DNA of 64,000 nucleotides from Escherichia coli (GTDB lineage Bacteria; Pseudomonadota; Gammaproteobacteria; Enterobacterales; Enterobacteriaceae): NCBI RefSeq assembly GCF_044324785.1, contig NZ_CP172127.1; one strand, 5' to 3'. Shown piece by piece: positions 57,809 to 64,000 of this stretch (position 1 is its first letter; each line of letters starts with the position of its first letter). The notes under the pieces were generated by a model. It saw only the letters and a program-made list of their open reading frames with translations, ran no database searches and was not told where the DNA came from. The position numbers and the translations under genes were made by a program.

Positions 57809-58966
57809 ATGCACGTTACAGCCAAGCCCTCCAGTTTTCAATGTAATCTCAAATGTGATTACTGTTTTTACCTTGAAAAAGAGTCGCAGTTTACTCATGA
57901 AAAATGGATGGATGACAGCACTCTGAAAGAGTTCATCAAACAATATATCGCAGCGTCTGGCAATCAGGTCTATTTTACCTGGCAAGGGGGTGAACCCACT
58001 CTGGCTGGCCTGGATTTTTTCCGTAAAGTTATTCACTATCAACAACGCTATGCAGGCCAAAAACGTATTTTTAATGCATTACAAACGAATGGCATTTTAT
58101 TGAGTAATGAATGGTGTGCCTTTCTCAAAGAACATGAGTTTCTGGTTGGTATCTCGATCGATGGCCCCCAGGAGCTACATGACCGTTACAGACGCAGTAA
58201 TTCAGGTAACGGTACTTTTGCAAAAGTGATAGCAGCCATCGAGCGTCTGAAATCATATCAAGTAGAGTTTAATACGTTAACCGTCATTAATAACGTTAAT
58301 GTCCATTACCCTCTTGAGGTTTATCATTTTTTAAAATCTATCGGCAGTAAACATATGCAATTTATCGAATTGCTCGAAACCGGGACGCCGAATATTGATT
58401 TCAGTGGTCATAGTGAGAACACATTCCGTATCATTGATTTTTCTGTGCCTCCTACGGCTTATGGCAAGTTTATGTCGACCATTTTTATGCAATGGGTTAA
58501 AAACGATGTGGGTGAAATTTTCATCCGTCAGTTTGAAAGCTTTGTCAGCCGTTTTTTGGGGAATGGGCATACCAGTTGTATTTTCCAGGAGTCCTGCAAG
58601 GATAATCTGGTTGTTGAAAGTAATGGAGACATTTACGAATGCGACCATTTTGTCTATCCACAGTACAAAATTGGAAACATTAATAAATCTGAACTCAAAA
58701 CGATGAACAGTGTTCAACTGACAGCGCAAAAAAAACGGATTTCAGCGAAATGTCAGCAATGTGCATATAAACCTATCTGCAATGGCGGTTGTCCTAAGCA
58801 TCGTATTACTAAAGTAAACAATGAGACTGTTTCCTATTTTTGCGAAGGTTATAAAATCCTTTTTTCAACCATGGTACCTTATATGAACGCCATGGTGGAG
58901 TTAGCTAAGAACAGAGTACCGCTTTACCACATTATGGATGTTGCAAAACAAATGGAGAATAATTAA
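57809..58966 (+). CDS. ydeM: Radical-SAM anaerobic sulfatase-maturating enzyme
   Basis: CxxxCxxC radical-SAM motif ([10 protein letters not shown]) near the N-terminus and C-terminal auxiliary Cys clusters; start taken at MHVTAKPSS. Confidence 0.8.
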   Translation: MHVTAKPSSFQCNLKCDYCFYLEKESQFTHEKWMDDSTLKEFIKQYIAASGNQVYFTWQGGEPTLAGLDFFRKVIHYQQRYAGQKRIFNALQTNGILLSNEWCAFLKEHEFLVGISIDGPQELHDRYRRSNSGNGTFAKVIAAIERLKSYQVEFNTLTVINNVNVHYPLEVYHFLKSIGSKHMQFIELLETGTPNIDFSGHSENTFRIIDFSVPPTAYGKFMSTIFMQWVKNDVGEIFIRQFESFVSRFLGNGHTSCIFQESCKDNLVVESNGDIYECDHFVYPQYKIGNINKSELKTMNSVQLTAQKKRISAKCQQCAYKPICNGGCPKHRITKVNNETVSYFCEGYKILFSTMVPYMNAMVELAKNRVPLYHIMDVAKQMENN

Positions 58967-59256
58967 TAACGCTCCCCCTTAGTTCCATTCTTAGCCTCCT
59001 TCTTATGACCTTAACAAGGCACCCGACATAAATTCCTGTCGGGTGTTTCGTCATCATCATCTTCCCTTGCGAAAATCCTGGCATACGTGGTATTCGTCAG
59101 GGCATTAGCAATACCCTTGATTATCAATAGCATAACCATAACCACTGAAAATTAAATATTTCTTTATATTTCATATTGTTAAATGATACTTAAATAAATT
59201 TCATCAGTAAATCATTGCCATAGATAATCATTGGATGGCACAATCAATTTTCGCTA

Positions 59257-60942
59257 ATGATAACCATTCCCATTACATTTCGTATGTTGATAGCAAAGTA
59301 TCTCTGTCTGCTGAAGCCCTTTTGGCTGCGTAAGAATAATAAAACTTCAGTGCTGTTAATCATTATTATCCTCGCCATGATCCTTGGCGTTGTTAAAATT
59401 CAGGTCTGGTTAAACGACTGGAATAATGATTTTTTCAATGCGCTAAGCCAGAAAGAAACCGATAAGCTTTGGCAGCTTGTTCTTTGGTTCCCTGCCCTGC
59501 TGGGGATCTTTGTATTAATATCCGTAAACAAAACATGGTTAATTAAACTACTGACTATTCGCTGGCGCGAATGGTTAACAGATTACTACCTTAATCGCTG
59601 GTTTGCAGATAAAAACTACTACTTCACGCAAATCTACGGCGAGCATAAAAATACAGATAACCCTGACCAACGTATCGCTGAGGACATTCTCTTACTGATC
59701 AGTAAAACGCTCAACCTTTCATTTGGCTTCATCCAGTCGCTTAGCATGCTGATCACCTTTACCGTTATTCTTTGGCAAAGCGCGGGTACGCTCTCATTCA
59801 CTGTTGGTGGAACAGAATGGAATATCCAGGGGTATATGGTCTATACCGTCGTGCTCATTGTGATCGGTGGAACTTTATTTACTCATAAGGTTGGTAAACG
59901 TATTCGTCCGCTTAATGTGGAAAAACAACGTAGCGAAGCGACATTTCGAACTAATCTTGTGCAGCATAATAAGCAGGCTGAACTGATTGCGCTAAGCAAT
60001 GCTGAGTCTCTACAACGCCAGGAGTTGAGCGACAATTTTCATACCATTAAAGAGAACTGGCATCGTTTAATGAATCGTCAGCGGTGGCTTGATTACTGGC
60101 AGAATATTTATTCGCGCTCGCTTAGCGTTCTTCCCTACTTTCTGTTATTGCCGCAGTTTATTAGCGGACAGATCAATCTGGGCGGACTGATGAAATCGCG
60201 CCAGGCATTTATGCTGGTATCGAACAATTTAAGCTGGTTTATTTATAAATATGATGAACTTGCTGAACTGGCTGCGGTTATCGATCGCTTGTATGAGTTC
60301 CATCAACTCACCGAACAGCGCCCTACGAATAAGCCTAAAAATTGCCAACATGCGGTACAAGTGGCTGACGCGAGTATTCGTACTCCTGATAATAAGATCA
60401 TATTAGAGAACCTAAACTTTCATGTTTCGCCAGGCAAATGGCTATTACTGAAAGGTTACTCTGGTGCGGGAAAAACCACACTGCTTAAAACATTATCCCA
60501 CTGCTGGCCGTGGTTTAAAGGTGATATTTCTTCTCCTGCTGACAGTTGGTATGTGTCACAAACACCGTTAATCAAAAGCGGCTTACTGAAAGAGATTATT
60601 TGTAAAGCACTTCCCCTGCCTGTAGACGATAAATCGTTGAGCGAAGTACTGCATCAGGTTGGTCTGGGGAAATTGGCTGCGCGTATTCATGACCACGATC
60701 GCTGGGGCGATATTCTTTCCAGCGGCGAAAAACAACGTATCGCCCTGGCACGATTAATTTTACGACGTCCGAAATGGATATTTCTTGACGAAACTACCTC
60801 TCATCTTGAGGAACAAGAGGCTATCCGCTTACTGCGTTTAGTGCGTGAAAAACTACCCACAAGCGGCGTCATTATGGTTACACATCAACCCGGTGTCTGG
60901 AACCTGGCTGATGATATTTGTGACATTAGCGCGGTTTTATAA
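59257..60942 (+). CDS. yddA: ABC transporter, fused permease-ATPase
   Basis: 561-aa ORF with an N-terminal TM domain and C-terminal Walker A (GYSGAGKTT), signature (LSSGEKQR) and Walker B motifs. Confidence 0.85.
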   Translation: MITIPITFRMLIAKYLCLLKPFWLRKNNKTSVLLIIIILAMILGVVKIQVWLNDWNNDFFNALSQKETDKLWQLVLWFPALLGIFVLISVNKTWLIKLLTIRWREWLTDYYLNRWFADKNYYFTQIYGEHKNTDNPDQRIAEDILLLISKTLNLSFGFIQSLSMLITFTVILWQSAGTLSFTVGGTEWNIQGYMVYTVVLIVIGGTLFTHKVGKRIRPLNVEKQRSEATFRTNLVQHNKQAELIALSNAESLQRQELSDNFHTIKENWHRLMNRQRWLDYWQNIYSRSLSVLPYFLLLPQFISGQINLGGLMKSRQAFMLVSNNLSWFIYKYDELAELAAVIDRLYEFHQLTEQRPTNKPKNCQHAVQVADASIRTPDNKIILENLNFHVSPGKWLLLKGYSGAGKTTLLKTLSHCWPWFKGDISSPADSWYVSQTPLIKSGLLKEIICKALPLPVDDKSLSEVLHQVGLGKLAARIHDHDRWGDILSSGEKQRIALARLILRRPKWIFLDETTSHLEEQEAIRLLRLVREKLPTSGVIMVTHQPGVWNLADDICDISAVL

Positions 60943-60979
60943 AAACAATAAAAGCCCTGCTGTACGGAGATATAAATAA

Positions 60980-63352
60980 ATGAAGCGAGTTCTTATTCCT
61001 GGCGTCATTTTATGTGGCGCTGATGTGGCGCAGGCCGTCGATGACAAAAACATGTACATGCATGTTTTTGAAGAGATGACGGTCTATGCTCCTGTCCCTG
61101 TACCCGTAAACGGCAACACGCATTACACCAGTGAAAGCATCGAGCGTTTACCGACCGGGAATGGCAATATCAGCGATCTGCTGAGAACCAACCCTGCGGT
61201 ACGTATGGATTCAACGCAAAGTACCTCGTTGAACCAGGGAGATATTCGCCCTGAGAAAATCTCTATTCACGGTGCGTCGCCCTACCAGAATGCCTATTTG
61301 ATTGACGGTATTAGTGCAACTAATAACCTGAACCCAGCGAATGAGTCCGATGCCAGTAGTGCAACCAATATTAGCGGGATGTCACAGGGGTATTATCTTG
61401 ATGTCAGCTTACTGGACAATGTGACGCTTTATGACAGTTTTGTGCCGGTTGAATTCGGTCGCTTCAATGGCGGGGTAATTGATGCAAAGATCAAACGCTT
61501 CAATGCTGATGATAGCAGCGTGAAACTGGGTTATCGCACTACGCGTTCGGACTGGTTAACATCGCATATCGATGAGAATAACAAGAGCGCATTTAATCAA
61601 GGTTCTTCAGGAAGTACTTATTACTCTCCAGATTTTAAAAAGAACTTTTATACTTTGTCATTTAATCAGGAACTCGCTGATAACTTCGGCGTTACCGCCG
61701 GTTTATCGCGCCGCCAGTCTGATATCACCCGCGCGGATTATGTTTCGAATGACGGCATTGTCGCCGGTCGGGCACAGTATAAAAACGTTATCGATACTGC
61801 ATTGAGCAAATTTACCTGGTTTGCCAGCGACCGCTTTACCCACGATTTAACCTTAAAATATACCGGCTCCAGTCGTGATTATAATACCAGCACCTTCCCG
61901 GAGTCTGATCGCGAAATGGGTAATAAATCCTATGGTCTGGCATAGGATATGGATACCCAGCTCGCATGGGCCAAACTGCGTACCACCGTTGGTTGGGATC
62001 ATATTAGTGATTATACCCGTCACGATCATGACATCTGGTACACCGAACTTTCATGTACATATGGTGATATTTCAGGGCGTTGCACCCGTGGCGGATTAGG
62101 ACACATTTCCCAGGCTGTAGATAATTACACCTTCAAAACACGCCTGGACTGGCAAAAATTCGCCGTGGGTGATGTTTCGCATCAACCCTACTTCGGCGCG
62201 GAATACATCTATTCCGATGCATGGACTGAACGCCATAACCAGTCTGAATCCTATGTGATTAATGCTGCCGGAAAGAAAACTAACCATACCATTTACCATA
62301 AAGGTAAAGGCAGCCTGGGAATTGACAACTACACGCTGTATATGGCGGATCGCATTAGCTGGCGGAATGTGTCGTTAATGCCCGGCGTGCGGTATGACTA
62401 TGACAACTATCTGTCAAACCACAATATCTCCCCGCGCTTTATGACGGAATGGGATATTTTTGCTGATCAAACCTCAATGATTACCGCCGGTTATAACCGT
62501 TACTATGGCGGGAATATTCTTGATATGGGATTACGTGACATCCGCAATAGCTGGACGGAATCGGTATCAGGCAATAAAACCCTGACGCGTTATCAGGATT
62601 TGAAAACACCTTATAACGATGAACTGGCAATGGGATTGCAGCAAAAAATCGGTAAGAACGTTATTGCGCGCGCAAACTATGTTTACCGTGAAGCGCATGA
62701 TCAAATCAGCAAAAGCAGTCGTACCGACAGCGCGACTAAAACCACCATTACTGAATATAACAACGATGGCAAAACCAAAACGCATTCGTTTAACCTCAGT
62801 TTTGAACTGGCCGAACCCCTGCATATCCGCCAGGTAGATATTAACCCACAAATTGTCTTTAGCTATATCAAGAGCAAGGGCAACTTGTCGTTAAACAATG
62901 GTTATGAGGAGAGCAATACCGGTGATAACCAGGTGGTTTATAACGGTAATCTGGTCTCTTACGATAGCGTTCCAGTGGCAGATTTTAATAACCCATTAAA
63001 GATCTCCTTAAACATGGATTTCACGCATCAACCGAGCGGGTTGGTGTGGGCGAATACGCTGGCCTGGCAAGAAGCGCGTAAAGCTCGCATTATCCTCGGT
63101 AAGACGAATGCGCAATACATCAGCGAATATTCAGATTACAAGCAGTATGTTGACGAAAAACTGGATAGCAGCCTGACCTGGGACACCCGCTTGTCCTGGA
63201 CGCCACAATTTCTGAAACAACAAAACCTGACGATCAGTGCCGATATTCTCAATGTACTGGATAGCAAAACCGCGGTTGATACAACGAATACCGGTGTGGC
63301 GACCTACGCCAGTGGCCGTACTTTTTGGCTTGATGTCAGCATGAAATTTTAA
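60980..63352 (+). pseudogene. yddB: TonB-dependent-receptor-like outer-membrane protein YddB, interrupted by an in-frame TAG
   Basis: ORFs 60980-61945 and 61949-63352 are in the same frame, separated only by TAG at 61943-61945. Together they form one beta-barrel outer-membrane protein of about 790 codons ending in the terminal aromatic ...DVSMKF. Confidence 0.6.
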
Positions 63353-63408
63353 TAGTTCGGATTTTACTTAACCGGGTAAATTCGCCCGGTTTTCGCATGG
63401 AGATAATT

Positions 63409-64000
63409 ATGAGAAACCTCTGTTTCTTACTGACGTTAGTGGCAACTCTGTTGCTCCCCGGGCGACTGATTGCCGCCGCCTTACCGCAGGATGAAAAGTT
63501 AATTACCGGGCAACTGGACAATGGCTTGCGATATATGATTTATCCGCATGCTCAACCAAAGGATCAGGTAAATTTATGGCTGCAAATTCATACCGGTTCA
63601 TTGCAGGAAGAGGACAATGAGCGCGGCGTGGCTCATTTTGTAGAACATATGATGTTTAACGGCACAAAAACATGGCCGGGTAATAAAGTCATCGAAACAT
63701 TTGAGTCGATGGGTCTGCGCTTTGGTCGCGATGTTAATGCCTATACCAGCTATGACGAAACGGTGTATCAGGTAAGTTTGCCGACTACGCAGAAACAAAA
63801 TCTGCAACAAGTGATGGCAATATTCAGTGAATGGGGTAATGCCGCAACCTTTGATAAACTCGAAGTAGACGCTGAACGCGGCGTAATTACTGAGGAATGG
63901 CGTGCCCATCAGGATGTGAAATGGCGCACCTCTCAGGCGCGCCGCCCTTTCCTGCTGGCAAATACCCGTAATTTAGACCGTGAACCTATCGGCCTGATGG
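63409..64000 (+). CDS. pqqL: M16-family zinc peptidase PqqL, 5' part (3' end lies outside the window)
   Basis: Frame-1 ORF hand-translated from ATG 63409: MRNLCFLLTLVATLLLPGRLIAAALPQDEKL... with an inverted zinc motif HFVEH (pitrilysin family); open to the window end. Confidence 0.75.
   Translation, partial: MRNLCFLLTLVATLLLPGRLIAAALPQDEKLITGQLDNGLRYMIYPHAQPKDQVNLWLQIHTGSLQEEDNERGVAHFVEHMMFNGTKTWPGNKVIETFESMGLRFGRDVNAYTSYDETVYQVSLPTTQKQNLQQVMAIFSEWGNAATFDKLEVDAERGVITEEWRAHQDVKWRTSQARRPFLLANTRNLDREPIGLM

Noticed and set aside
1-64000. IS elements, integrases, tRNA or rRNA genes
   Set aside because: No transposase or integrase-like ORF and no tRNA- or rRNA-like sequence were recognised by eye; the only recombinase is the Pin invertase.

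Overview
This window reads as an Escherichia coli-type chromosomal segment, collinear with the K-12 map but in reverse orientation. Gene names are assigned from my recognition of the translated ORFs, not from any database search. It begins at the right end of a Qin-like lambdoid prophage (side tail-fibre C-terminus, tail-fibre assembly gene, Pin-family invertase, ydfK) whose insertion appears to have clipped the 5' end of ydfJ. It then runs through ydfI, ydfZ, ydfH, ydfG, dcp, ydeI, dgcZ, mgrR/mgtS, ydeE, eamA, marBAR/marC, ydeA, yneK, yneJ, sad, glsB, yneG, dgcF, uxaB, yneE, tam, the lsr AI-2 locus, a large AIDA-like autotransporter, hipBA, a six-gene chaperone-usher fimbrial operon, ydeP, safA-ydeO, ydeN-ydeM, yddA, yddB and the start of pqqL. 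No rRNA, tRNA, CRISPR array or IS transposase was seen. I did not find a convincingly novel system; the most notable observations are two apparent gene disruptions (a +1 frameshift in lsrC and an in-frame amber codon in yddB), an adhesin cluster that is complete here (fimbrial operon and autotransporter), and a CinA-like ORF remnant beside dcp.
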